DNA of 64,000 nt, from NCBI GenBank assembly GCA_964016885.1, contig OZ024742.1, forward strand, positions 185,814,001 through 185,878,000. Reading direction: 5' to 3'. The notes under the pieces are model-generated. The model worked only from the letters and a program-made list of their open reading frames with translations, had not been told where the DNA came from and ran no database searches. The position numbers were made by a program, and so were the translations under genes. Positions 1 through 13,150 of the stretch are shown here, one piece after another; the first letter of the stretch is position 1; every line of letters begins with the position of its first letter. Source of the DNA: Eledone cirrhosa. Lineage: Eukaryota.

Positions 1-110
1 GCATGCGTTCCATCTTGGCGAGGTGTTCACGGGGACAAGGCACGACAGTCAAGCGGTAGTAGATGACGGACGCTATGAAAGTGTTCGCCACCTCCGCTCG
101 ACCTTTCAAG
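1..110 (-). mobile_element. L1/Tx1-clade LINE fragment (post-RT region)
   Basis: Minus strand reads LKGRAEVANTFIASVIYYRLTVVPCPREHLAKMERM, resembling the 'LSLxGR..' post-RT block of Tx1/L1 ORF2; cut by the window edge and a (GATA)n tract. Confidence 0.65.
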
Positions 111-669
111 GATAGATAGATAGATAGATAGATATTTAGACCAAAATTTCAAACATTTATACTTTGACGATAGTTCCCAAATAAATAATTCTCTTTTTTT
201 TTTTTTGTTCGAAACTCAACGCCTGTGGGAAAACGGGAAAACTTTCTTATGTTGTCTGAAAGCTGATATTCATATCTAGTTCCCACTAAAAACTATTGCA
301 TTGACCATGTTGGAACCAGACTTAACTCTATTATAACTTTTACTAACTTTATTTCTAAACAGTATCGAAGACAACGTTCGTGTTTAGATTATTTTGAAAG
401 ACTACCTGCAACATATCCTCCAACATCAGCTGGACATTGCGACGTATCCTTTGTTACTCTAAAGATTAATATTCAACAAAGACAACGCAACTCTCGTGGT
501 GTAAATGTAAACGTCTTTTTTCTTTTGTTTAACACTCATTGATCGCTATCTACCTCATAACATGTCACATCAAGATCATAATGTATGTGTCAGATGAGGT
601 ATTACAAAGGCAGTCATGCTTTACAAATATCAAACAATGCATCGATACCTTTTTCTATATAAGGAAATA

Positions 670-1106
<437 letters not shown>

Positions 1107-1449
1107 GAAAAAAAACGAGGAAGTTTAGTTTACATATGAAAAATATTTATTGTGTATCGACCTGTTACTCGCCTTTCGCAGAGGATTGGCTCAAAAGTAA
1201 AATTGAGATAGAGGGTTTGTGTTTCTGTTGTATATATATATATATATATATATATTTCGTTTCTGAATTTGTTTAGCAAGATTCTTTATCTGAAATCGTG
1301 TGTTGAAACCGATATTGTTATACTTTAGGAGGGTCATGTTGCCAATAAGAAACACACGCACCAGTTGCTTTCACTTCAATTTATTATAATAAATTTATAA
1401 ATTTCTGGTTGGTTGGTTGGTTCCACAACCAGATAGTTGTTTATATATT

Positions 1450-1492
1450 GTCATAGTTCTTTCGTCACACACTCTGTGACCTCTTCAGTGAC
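1450..1492 (-). ncRNA. Minimal type I hammerhead ribozyme candidate in PLE1 3' pLTR
   Basis: GUCA-CUGAAGA-g-GUCACA gagug UGUGAC-GAAAG aa CUA-UGAC. Confidence 0.6.
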
Positions 1493-1691
1493 TGGGGATT
1501 CCTTTCTTTGTTTCTGTGCCTCTCCTTTGTTCTGTCCTACGCCATTTTGTTTCTGTGTGTGTGTTGTGTGCTCAGTCTGCGCATGCGCCACATCCGGGTG
1601 TCTGTGTGTGTTTATGTTCATTTATGTATTTGTTTATTTACATGTTACTGGTTGGTTGTTTGTTCTGTGTGTGTGTGTTTTCATTTTGTCC

Positions 1692-3966
1692 TTAATTGTA
1701 AGTTGTGATGTTGTTGTTCCACTCATATTTTCTATTTAATTTTGGTTGTAATTCTTTTATGTTTATTGCCTCTGTAATTTGTCTAAACATTGCGTCTTTT
1801 CTGTGTGTAGATTCTATTTTTATTTCTATGTTCTCTAATTTACCCTTGTGTTCTATTTTAGCATGTTGGTAGAGTACAGATGATTCTTTACTATCTTGAA
1901 GGTCTCGCCAGTGTTCATTTATCCGTTCTCCTACACTACGGGCTGTCTCACCTATGTACACTATATTGTTGTCTCTACATTGTCCTTCAGTACATCTTAG
2001 TTTTGCAGTTAATATGGGGGCTTATTTTACAGGTTATACATTTCTTATCTATACATGAGGGTCTTTGAAAAGGGTATGTCTTGCTAATAAGTGTTTTTAC
2101 GGAGGTACCTGGTCTTTCTACTATCTTAATATTGAGTTTATGTTTGTTTAGGGCCCTTCTAAATTTGTAAGCTAATTCCCCTCTAGGGGTTGTATCGATG
2201 AACATTACACTCTGGTATTTATTGCTATCATACCATGAGTTTATTCTATTAGCCTTGTTCCTAGTTCTTTCTATTCTATTCCAAAAGTTGCTCCTATACA
2301 AGGGGCAGGTCCCATTTATGTCATTATTTACCATTTTTTCCCATTTGGTTCTGGCTCCTCTATACACTCTGATTTTATCTCTCTGATTGTAGCCAGAAAA
2401 CTGCATATGGTGGATGAAGTGTTGTATGTGTCTCTCTAGTTCTTCGGGGTTGCACATGCGGGACACGTTTCTCATCACCCGTACCAAATCTGCAATCAGT
2501 ATGTTGATTTTGGTATGGTCCGAAACGGCCGAGTTTCGGTGGATCAGATGTTTGGAAGTCATTGGTTTGGCATAATGGGAATGGAGGATTTGTTTTTTAT
2601 TGTTAATGGTATCTAACCAGAGCTCTGTGTCTAGTACAGGTACTCGATGGTTGGGGTGTTTACTTGGGTAGTCTATAGTAACTCTAATGCTCTGGTGGAT
2701 GGAGTTTGCTATTTGCTGGATGCTTTCCATCGTGTTTTTCTCTAGTTCCTGACTGTTCTCTAGAGGGGGTGTCTTAACTACGATGTTTATATCATCAACG
2801 TAGCGGGAGTACATTATCAGGGTTAAGGGGGCTTCTAATTGTTCTTTAAGTTTAAGTTTATGTCTACTGTCCCACCATACCATGAATAAGTTAGCTATGT
2901 CGCCTGCAATGCTAACACCAATGGCTGCTCCTTCCTCTTGGGCATATGTTTTTCTATTAAATTTGAACATATGTTCCTTAATGGTTAGTTTTATGCTGGC
3001 CTCTACCGCATGTGCAATCATTTTCTTCAGTTCATCGTGGTTTTCGGGTGTCCGTATGGCTCTGGTCCACCCGTTCCATCTATCTGTGTGGGTTTTCTTG
3101 GCCATTGAGGTAATGGTAGGTGGTCTGCCTCTTGCTGGTCTTGTAGGGCACAGGTTGCTAAGGTCATATGTGTCTAGGTAATTATTACTATAGGTAAGTT
3201 TAAGTAGGAGTCCCAGCTCACTGGTATCAATCCCACGGAACTCAACATTGCTCTCACTGATCATTTCTACGCATTTCTCCACAGCAAAATCCACGTCAAT
3301 AGATGGATACAGGGACACAACATCCATACTACCTATTATGCAGTTTGTTAGGTCCCTAGATCGGTTACTCACGCCGATTCTGCTGAGGAGATCCTCCGTG
3401 CTGTCACATACATCTGGGGACATTTCAATGATGGGGCGTATGATCAGGGAGAGGAAGTAGGACAGTCTGTAGTTACTAGCAATGTTAGCTCCACAGACTG
3501 GCCGTGTTGGTGGTCCCGTGACAGGGTCACTGCCCGTTTTATGGTCTTTTCGAAGCCCATACAACGCCGGCACGTCATTGTTCCAGGCCTTGTAGTTGTT
3601 GGCAGACCTTTTGTTGGGCTGCATTATATTCGTCCACATCACCATATGGGCATTGAGGGCTTTTTCTCTATCCTCATGCTCCTGTGGTGTTACCTCTCTT
3701 GTGTTAGTGATGTGGGGTTGCATTGCCTGGATGTAGTTTGGCAGGCTGTCAACTGACATTCTGCCAGACTTGTCTGTTGGAAAGCATGGTATCTCTCCAT
3801 TACGTGAGCGCTGCATGAGCTTACGCAAGCCATTTGCAGATTTTTCTCCCAGTTGCTGGGCCTCCATTCTATTATGCTTCTTGCTATACTGTTCTATAAT
3901 ATTTCTAATTTCGGATCTAGCTATACTAAATTGTGCTTCTGTTTGTTCATCGACCTGCGACGGCAA
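1692..3966 (-). pseudogene. PLE RT + GIY-YIG ORF, frameshifted near 1995
   Basis: Motifs PTDKSGR, SMDVVSLYPSI, GAAIGVSIAGDIANLFM, RYVDD, Cys linker CIDKKCITC; a ~20-nt deletion relative to the right copy splits off YIGETARSVGERINEH (ORF 1692-1961). Confidence 0.9.
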
Positions 3967-4041
3967 TTGCGTGCGTTTGTTAAATGGTAAAGTCGTGGCG
4001 TGGACTCGTCGCAGGTCGAACGATTTATCCGAGGGATTATA

Positions 4042-5915
4042 GAAAAGACCATAAAACGGGCAGTGACCCTGTCACGGGACCACCAACACGGCCAGTCTGT
4101 GGAGCTAACATTGCTAGTAACTACAGACTGTCCTACTTCCTCTCCCTGATCATACGCCCCATCATTGAAATGTCCCCAGATGTATGTGACAGCACGGAGG
4201 ATCTCCTCAGCAGAATCGGCGTGAGTAACCGATCTAGGGACCTAACAAACTGCATAATAGGTAGTATGGATGTTGTGTCCCTGTATCCATCTATTGACGT
4301 GGATTTTGCTGTGGAGAAATGCGTAGAAATGATCAGTGAGAGCAATGTTGAGTTCCGTGGGATTGATACCAGTGAGCTGGGACTCCTACTTAAACTTACC
4401 TATAGTAATAATTACCTAGACACATATGACCTTAGCAACCTGTGCCCTACAAGACCAGCAAGAGGCAGACCACCTACCATTACCTCAATGGCCAAGAAAA
4501 CCCACACAGATAGATGGAACGGGTGGACCAGAGCCATACGGACACCCGAAAACCACGATGAACTGAAGAAAATGATTGCACATGCGGTAGAGGCCAGCAT
4601 AAAACTAACCCTTAAGGAACATATGTTCAAATTTAATGGAAAAACATATGCCCAAGAGGAAGGAGCAGCCATTGGTGTTAGCATTGCAGGCGACATAACT
4701 AACTTATTCATGGTATGGTGGGACAGTAGACTTAAACTTAAACTTAAAGAACAATTAGAAGCCCCCTTAACCCTGATAATGTACTCCCGCTACGTTGATG
4801 ATATAAACATCGTAGTTAAGACACTCCCTCTAGAGAACAGTCAGGAACTAGAGAAAAACACAATGGAAAGCATCCAGCAAATAGCAAACTCCATCCACCA
4901 GAGCATTAGAGTTACTATAGACTATCCAAGTAAACACCCCAACCATCGATTACCTGTACTAGACACAGAGCTCTGGTTAGATACCATTAACAACAAAAAA
5001 CAAATCCTCCATTCCCATTATGCCAAACCAATGACTTCCAAACATCTGATCCACCGAAACTCGGCCGTTTCGGACCATACCAAAATCAACATACTGATTG
5101 CAGATTTGGTACGGGTGATGAGAAACGTGTCCCGCATGTGCAACCCCGAAGAACTAGAGAGACACATACAACACTTCATCCACCGTATGCAGTTTTCTGG
5201 CTACAATCAGAGAGATAAAATCAGAGTGTATAGAGGAGCCAGAACCAAATGGGAAAAAATGGTAAATAATGACATAAATGGGACCTGCCCCTTGTATAGG
5301 AGCAAATTTTGGAATAGAATAGAAAGAACTAGGAACAAGGCTAATAGAATAAACTCATGGTATGATAGCAATAAATACCAGAGTGTAATGTTCATCGATA
5401 CAACCCCTAGAGGGGAATTAGCTTACAAATTTAGAAGGGCCCTAAACAAACATAAACTCAATATTAAGATAGTAGAAAGACCAGGTACCTCCGTAAAAAC
5501 ACTTATTAGCAAGACATACCCTTTTCAAAGACCCTCATGTATAGATAAGAAATGTATAACCTGTAAAATAAGCCCCCATATTAACTGCAAAACTAGAAAT
5601 GTAGTGTATAGCATAAGATGTACTGAAGGACAATGTAGAGACAACAATATAGTGTACATAGGTGAGACAGCTCGTAGTGAACGGATAAATGAACACTGGC
5701 GAGACCTTCAAGATAGTAAAGAATCATCTGTACTCTACCAACATGCTAAAATAGAACACAAGGGTAAATTAGAGAACATAGAAATAAAAATAGAATCTAC
5801 ACACAAAAAAAACCTAATGTTTAGACAAATTACAGAGGCAATAAACATAAAAGAATTACAACCAAAATTAAATAGAAAATATGAGTGGAACAGCAACATC
5901 ACATCTTACAATTAA
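4042..5915 (+). CDS. PLE reverse transcriptase + GIY-YIG endonuclease (N-terminally truncated, open frame; Neptune-like Cys linker)
   Basis: RYVDD RT core; VVYSIRC...YIGETARS.RINEH GIY-YIG with downstream H and E-A-I-N-I...LN motif; the ORF-track start at 3984 lies in antisense spacer. Confidence 0.88.
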
Positions 5916-6009
5916 GGACAAAATGAAAACACACACACACAGAACAAACAACCAACCAGTAACATGTAAATAAACAAATAAATAAATGAACATAAACACA
6001 CACAGACAC

Positions 6010-6067
6010 CCGGATGTGGCGCATGCGCAGACTGAGCACACAACACACACACAGAAACAAAATGGCG
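6010..6067 (+). promoter_or_regulatory. Clustered ETS-, NRF1- and YY1-like motifs in PLE1 pLTR
   Basis: CCGGATGT 6010-6017, GCGCATGCGC 6019-6028, CAAAATGGCG 6058-6067. Confidence 0.4.
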
Positions 6068-6114
6068 TAGGACAGAACAAAGGAGAGGCACAGAAACAAA
6101 GAAAGGAATCCCCA

Positions 6115-6157
6115 GTCACTGAAGAGGTCACAGAGTGTGTGACGAAAGAACTATGAC
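6115..6157 (+). ncRNA. Minimal type I hammerhead ribozyme candidate in PLE1 3' pLTR
   Basis: gtca ctgaaga g gtcacagagtgtgtgac gaaagaacta tgac; identical in all three PLE1 copies. Confidence 0.6.
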
Positions 6158-6255
6158 AATATATAAACAACTATCTGGTTGTGGAACCAACCAACCAACC
6201 AGAAATTTATAAATTTATAAATTTATTATAAATTTATTATAATAAATTGAAGTGA

Positions 6256-7024
6256 CATGGTGACATGAGGAAGGCGGTACTCTCTGAGGTGTAGGCTAGT
6301 GGAGTACCTCTGTCTTCTGTGTGCTTACTTCCGGCCCAAAGAGCTGCGCAGCCTCTGCGAAGCAAGAAGTTAACTGTTGCAAGGCTCTTTCAGTGTGGGC
6401 AACATTGTCGACAAAGAGCAGGTCTCGGATCAGTTGCTCCAGGTTCTTCGTGGCGGCTTGTAGCGGACGAAGATTAAATAGGCTGCTATCAAGACGGTAT
6501 CTGATGTTGATTCCGTCCTCGTCATCTAGATCTTCTGTGACCTGCTGAAGAAGATAGTGAAGAGACTCGGTTCCAGGACGCAACCCTGCTTCACATCATT
6601 GATGATCGGGAAGGGCTCTGGGAGTCTGACTTGGCCACGCTGGTCGTCGTATAGCTGGATAACCATGTTCAGAAACTTTATGGAGCAGCGGAGGCGTTCC
6701 ATGATCTGCCACATTCAGTTTCTGGTCACTGTATCGAAAGCTTTAGTTAAGTCAACGAACGCCACATGCAGCCCTTCATTTTGCTTTCGGCACCTCTTGG
6801 AGCAAAAGAACAAATACCATGCCTGTGGTATTCCTGTTGACTCTGAAGCCACACTGACTCCCTGGGACGTGTTCTTTTGCGATGACAGGTACCATCCTGT
6901 TTAGTAACATCCTTGCAAGGATTTTTCCAGCGACAGTGAGCAGAGTAATCCCCCGGTAATTTGAGTAGTCTGACTTTTCCCCTTTGTTCTCGTACAGGGT
7001 GATGATGATTGCATCTCAGAGATC
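6256..7024 (-). mobile_element. RTE-clade LINE fragment (RT domain, degenerate), inverted 5' part
   Basis: Frames give ...KGEKSDYSNYRGITLL..., SQCGFR, DLTKAFDTV, VKQGCVLEPSLF, DLLFVDNVA, KTEVLH. Confidence 0.85.
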
Positions 7025-7285
7025 TTGTGTCAGATTGCCCTGTCCCCAGCAACATACGACAGGGAAATCAGCCCATTTGACAGACTGTACAAACGCGTGT
7101 GGAACAATAAACACCTGAAGAAGGGCACCAAGATCAGAGTGTACAAAGCCATAGTCCTTACAACCCTCCTATATGGCTCACTTATCGCCACCACCTTTGA
7201 CTCCTCGAGCGCTGCCTCCACGCTATCCTAAACATCAACTGGAGAGACTTTGTCAACAATGTTCAAGTCATTGAACGGGCGATGT
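7025..7285 (+). mobile_element. RTE-clade LINE fragment, forward 3' part
   Basis: FDRLYKRVWNNKHLKKGTKIRVYKAIVLTTLLYGS, the typical RTE post-RT block. Confidence 0.85.
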
Positions 7286-7427
7286 GTGTAGTGTGTGTAT
7301 GGGGGGGGGGGTTCTGATAATATATAAGTGTAGTGTTAATGTTTAAGTTAGCCATGTGGTATAGTTGGTAGTTGGTCGTGTTAGTATAATTAATAAGTTA
7401 ATTAGAATGTGTATAGCAATATATATG

Positions 7428-7504
<77 letters not shown>

Positions 7505-7759
7505 TTCAGTGAATTACTGGTGGTGGTACCAATAAGAACATTCGATGCACAGGCACGGTGTATATAAAAAAACGGAAAAAGTTTCGTTTACATGTTTTTA
7601 TGTTTTTATTGATTGCCGATTTGTTACGCGCGTTTCATAGATGTGAACGCTATGGATTTACTCCAGCACAGATCTGTTTTTATTGAATCACCAATACATA
7701 CATACATACATACATACATACATACATACATACATACATACATACATACATACATACAT

Positions 7760-8170
7760 GGTGGCTGCCAACTCGTTTTCGAGTACGGCCACTACTTTAT
7801 ATCCATGTAGGAGAACTCCTACCGATGCGCTGAACGAATGTAACTTTAGTCCAGCCAGCGACTTGAAAACTCTGGTACAAACACTACACCTGTGACAATT
7901 ATTGACACATGGTGCTAGGCCCATGGTACCATGTGACGACAAGTGCAGAGAGATCTCCAGATACAAAGCAATGCCTGTGCCGTAAAGCTTTTATAGTGAG
8001 CAAAGGCACTGCACAAAGCCAGTCCCACTCTCTTAACCAAGATGATATTTACCAAAAAGAAGAACAAGTCAACATCATTGGATACCATCAGGGTTGCAGG
8101 TGTTATATCAGAGTTATCCTTCTCCTAGAATTCTGCCTTGACAAAGGCTAAGGGGTCATCTCTCCCAGAC
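7760..8170 (-). mobile_element. Deleted RTE-like element with C-terminal C2H2 finger, between (CATA)n tracts
   Basis: HRCSVCTRVFKSLAGLKLH resembles CHVCARGCKSLAGLKSH in the RTE at 48607-49710. Confidence 0.55.
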
Positions 8171-8239
8171 ATACATACATACATACATACATACATACAT
8201 ACATACATACATACATACATACATACATACATACATAAT

Positions 8240-9200
8240 GTTGAACAAGGAAAAATAAGACTAGGTGTAAGTAATTAATTGTTCTTACGATCATTTAAGA
8301 AGGCAAAACAGTTACCGATATGCAGACCAACCAATTGATGTTATGCAACTGCATATCATTAACCTAAGAAACAATGGTTTGGGATTTTTAGATAAACACA
8401 AACAGTTCAGGTTGGAGGTAAAGAGGAAAAGGGAGTAGCAATATAAAGTATGAAAAGTAAAAATAAATAGTTAATATATATAATATAAAACCTTATACAT
8501 ATTTATACAGACACCTACACATATATTACTGACCATAAATCAGATAGGAAATGTTGATGCGGTCATCGCTGTGCTGGCTTTGATCAGACAATTGTCCGGA
8601 ACCAAAATTCATAGTATGAGCTTAGATTGACTATTATTGGTACAGCCATTACAAATGTATATTTTTTCTATTTCATGAACGCTAGTGTAGTTAAGTGGCA
8701 AAGTCTAAGGTTTTTTTCTAACAGCATTTTAGATATTTAGGGTAAAAATCTATGGTGTCTAATTGAGTAAATCAATTATTGTATCCCCATTTTCCTACTG
8801 ATTGAGGTTGGATTGCTTCCTTAATTATATTTCTAAATATTGTCTTGCCAACTAATCCTAACTCTGTACGTGTAGGGTTTATGAGTTTTCATGTGGGCTA
8901 TTAGCAAAGTCCCCTTAAGGGTAATGAAGGGTCGCACTTGGCTATATATTCTAATTGATTATCTATATTAAGGTTGGTGGCTATGTTATTGATTTCATTA
9001 TTGATGTTGTTGTAAGTTGAAGACTCTGCTTTTTATGTTTAGAAGTAATGGTCTTATGTGTTAAGTGATGGTATGTAGTTTGGTCTAGGTCATATAAGTT
9101 ACTAGATTTGTCAGATAGGAGAAATGTATTTTTAGAAGACCTAAATATTTTATGTCTTTGTTAAGCTTGCATGTATAGAAATATGTTATGTTGAAAATAT
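8240..9200 (-). mobile_element. Decayed PLE relic (third family)
   Basis: Minus-strand fragments FLLSDKSSNLY, FITLK, PT*KLINPTRTELGLVGKTI resemble N-terminal RT motifs of a PLE clade (DKTxNLY / FITLKDHK / CRLINPxKSELG); many stops and frameshifts. Confidence 0.55.
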
Positions 9201-9428
9201 ATTTACTATACATTTATTGTATTTTAATTATTTAGCATCAAGTAATCTTATATTTAGGTTGAAGTAATCTTATATGCTTTAGTCAAAGTAAACATGTATA
9301 CCTTACAAGAGGTAGCATGAACCATACTATATATCTTTTAGTAATTTTAAGACTATAACAAAATGTCAACATTGAATATTCACTTTGTAGTTACATGTCA
9401 ATTTCAGATATTATTTCAGTAAAGTTTT

Positions 9429-11725
9429 GATATTGTATCAGTAACTATATGTCAACTTTAGATATTGTATCAGTAACTACATGTCAACTTCAGATATTGT
9501 ATCAGTAACTACATGTCAACTTCAGATATTGTATCAGTAACTACATGTCAACTTCGGATATTGTATCAGTAACTACATGTCAACTTCAGATATTGTATCA
9601 GTAACTACATGTCAACTTCAGATATTGTATCAGTAACTACATGTCAACTCCAAATATTGTATCAGTAACTACATGTCAACTTCGGATATTGTATCAGTAA
9701 CTATATGTCAACTTCAGATATTGTATCAGTAACTACATGTCAACTTCGGATATTGTATCAGTAACTACATGTCAACTTCAGATATTGTATCAGTAACTAC
9801 ATGTCAACACTCGGTATTGTATCAGTAACTACATGCCAACTTCAGATATTGTATCAGTAACTACATGTCAACTTCAGATATTGTATCAGTAACTACATGT
9901 CAACATTGGATATTGTATCAGTAACTACATGTCAACTTCAGATATTGTATCAGTAACTACATGTCAACATTGGATATTGTATCAGTAACTACATGTCAAC
10001 ACTGGATATTGTATCAGTAACTACATGTCAACTTCAGATATTGTATCAGTAACTACATGTCAACATTGGATATTGTATCAGTAACTACATGTCAACATTG
10101 GATATTGTATCAGTAACTACATGTCAGCTTCAGATATTGTATCAGTAACTACATGTCAACACTGGATATTGTATCAGTAACTACCTGTCAACTTCAGATA
10201 TTGTATCAGTTACTACATGTCAACTTCGGATATTGTATCAGTAACTACCTGTCAACTTCAGATATTGTATCAGTAACTACATGTCAACTTCAGATATTGT
10301 ATCATTAACTACATGTCAACTTCAGATATTGTATCAGTAACTACATGTTAACTTCAGATATTGTATCAGTAACTACATGTCAACTTCAGATATTGTATCA
10401 GTAACTACATGTCAACACTCGGTATTGTATCAGTAACTACATGTCAACTTCAGATATTGTATCAGTAACTACATGTCAACTTCAGATATTGTATCAGTAA
10501 CTACATGTCAACTTCAGATATTGTATCAGTAACTACATGTCAACATTGGATATTGTATCAGTAACTACCTGTCAACTTCAGATATTGTATCAGTAACTAC
10601 ATGTCAACACTCGGTATTGTATCAGTTACTACATTTCAAATTCAGATATTGTATCAGTAACTACATGTCAACACTCGGTATTGTATCAGTTACTACATTT
10701 CAAATTCAGATATTGTATCAGTTACTACATTTCAAATTCAGATATTGTATCAGTAACTATATGTCAACTTCAGATATTGTATCAGTAACTACATGTCAAC
10801 ACTCGGTATTGTATCAGTTACTACATTTCAAATTCAGATATTGTATCAGTAACTACATGTCAACACTCGGTATTGTATCAGTTACTACATTTCAAATTCA
10901 GATATTGTATCAGTTACTACATTTCAAATTCAGATATTGTATCAGTAACTACCTGTCAACTTCGGATATTGTATCAGTTACTACATTTCAACTTCAGATA
11001 TTGTATCAGTAACTACATGTCAACTTCGGATATTGTATCAGTTACTACATGTCAACTTCAGATATTGTATCAGTAACTACATGTCAACTTCAGATATTGT
11101 ATCAGTAACTATATGTCAACTTCAGATATTGTATCAGTTACTACATGTCAACTTCAGATATTGTATCAGTAACTACATGTCAACTTCAGATATTGTATCA
11201 GTAACTATATGTCAACTTCAGATATTGTATCAGTAACTACCTGTCAACTTCAGATATTGTATCAGTAACTACCTGTCAACTTCAGATATTGTATCAGTAA
11301 CTACATGTCAACACTCGGTATTGTATCAGTAACTATATGTCAACTTCAGATATTGTATCAGTTACTACATGTCAACTTCAGATATTGTATCAGTAACTAC
11401 ATGTCAACTTTAGATATTGTATCAGTAACTACATGTCAACTTCAGATATTGTATCAGTAACTATATGTCAACTTCAGATATTGTATCAGTAACTACATGT
11501 CAACTTCAGATATTGTATCAATAACTACATGTCAACTTCAGATATTGTATCAGTAACTACATGTCAACTTCAGATATTGTATCAGTTACTACATGTCAAC
11601 TTCAGATATTGTATCAGTAACTACCTGTCAACTTCAGATATTGTATCAGTAACTACATGTCAACTTCAGATATTGTATCAGTAACTACATGTCAACTTCA
11701 GATATTGTATCAATAACTACATATC
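9429..11725. repeat. 32-bp minisatellite (~70 copies)
   Basis: Unit GATATTGTATCAGTAACTACATGTCAACTTCA. Confidence 0.95.
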
Positions 11726-12209
11726 AACTTTGAACATTATTATAGTAACTATACATCAATATTGAACATTATTTCATCCTTACGGGGTCGATAAAATAAA
11801 GTACCAGTAATGCACTGGATAATTGCTGGCCTTGTGCCTAAAGTAGAAACAATTATTTCAGTAACTACAGATATTGTATTAGTAACTACATCGCAACATC
11901 TCAACTTTGGATATTATATCTTGGCAACTCCAGATATTATTTCCGTAATTTCAGATATTATTCAATCAATGACTACATAGTAACTATTAATATTCAGTCA
12001 GTAACATGTTAACCTTAAAGATTATTTCAGTAACATTTTTATGATATAAAAGGGTTTTATTATTCACTGTTATATAAATAACATTACAAATAAAAAAGAA
12101 GTTGTACAATGATAGAAATATGAAAAGGAAAGATTAAAAAGAAAATTAAGCAATGAGAAAAGAGGAATGGATAAAAAGGGGCCAATCTGGCTGTATGGGA
12201 AAGTAGAGG

Positions 12210-12605
12210 AAAGGACTATTAACTGTCAACTTTGAATATTAACTTTGGGTATTATTTCAGTAACTATATATTAACTTTGGTTATTATTTCAGTAACTACA
12301 CGTCAACTTTGGTTATTATTTCAGTCACTGTATATTAACTTTGGTTATTATTTCAGTAACTATATATTAACTTTGGTTATTATTTCAGTAACTACACGTC
12401 AACTTTGGTTATTATTTCAGTCACTGTATATTAACTTTGGTTATTATTTCAGTAGCTATATGTCAACTTTGGGTATTATTTCAGTAACTATATGTCAACT
12501 TTGGGTATCATTTCAGTAACTACATTGTGTCGGTAACTATGTGTCAACTTTGGATATGTTGGTAACTACATATCAACTTCAGATATTATGTCGGTAACTA
12601 CATAG
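12210..12605. repeat. Diverged 32-bp minisatellite related to 9429-11725
   Basis: Units such as GTTATTATTTCAGTAACTATATGTCAACTTTGG. Confidence 0.8.
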
Positions 12606-13039
12606 CAACCGAACCTCAGATCAATGTTAATATTTTCAATATTATCCATATTGCAAGCACGATATTGATCTTGCAACAGTTTTGACAATGAGTTGCTCGA
12701 TCCACATTGTAAGCAATTGTGTATTCGAACCAGCGAGGGATCACTCTATCTGCTAGAAATCGCAGTCGAATTTCCCTCAAATCTCACCATAATAAAATAA
12801 TGCTCATATTGATCAATGTACTCCTTGGTATACATATAAAGATATGATAGTCCTGACTGAAATGCTCTTGATCATAGGTTTCCTGAATTGGGGCTAAATA
12901 ATAGCAGCCAACATTCGTACTTCTAACGTTATCCTTAGGCAGAATCAATGTAACATCGTGTGTGAAAAAGCTGGGGGGGGGGGGGGTTAATAATAGATTC
13001 AGAGCTTCTGGCGGACTTTCATCTACACAATTTTTATTC

Positions 13040-13150
13040 ACAAGGCTCTAGTGGGCCGAAGACTTTACTGAAAGACACTTGCCCAAAACGTCGTGTAGTG
13101 AAACGAACCTGGTACTTCATGATCTTTCTTAACCATTCAACCATGCCTTC
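13040..13150 (-). mobile_element. Decayed SINE fragment
   Basis: caaggc...agacacttgcccaa...gaacc...cttaacca; a related decayed fragment lies at ~13915-14045. Confidence 0.45.

Larger units (their letters stand above)
1256..4041 (-). mobile_element. Penelope-like element family 1, left copy (5'-truncated, 3' end abutting (TA)n)
   Basis: RT and GIY-YIG coding sequence followed by a non-coding 3' pLTR region; 1371-3551 is an inverted copy of 4042-6255. Confidence 0.92.
4042..6255 (+). mobile_element. Penelope-like element family 1, right (inverted) copy
   Basis: Near-identical reverse complement of 1371-3551; ends at the RTE fragment starting 6256. Confidence 0.92.

Noticed and set aside
3984-4041. 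Start of the 643-aa ORF
   Set aside because: This N-terminus is antisense spacer sequence; homology begins at RKDHK (4042)
9429-11725. CRISPR-like 32-bp repeats (also the 34- and 37-bp arrays)
   Set aside because: Head-to-tail units with no unique spacers, no cas genes, eukaryotic context
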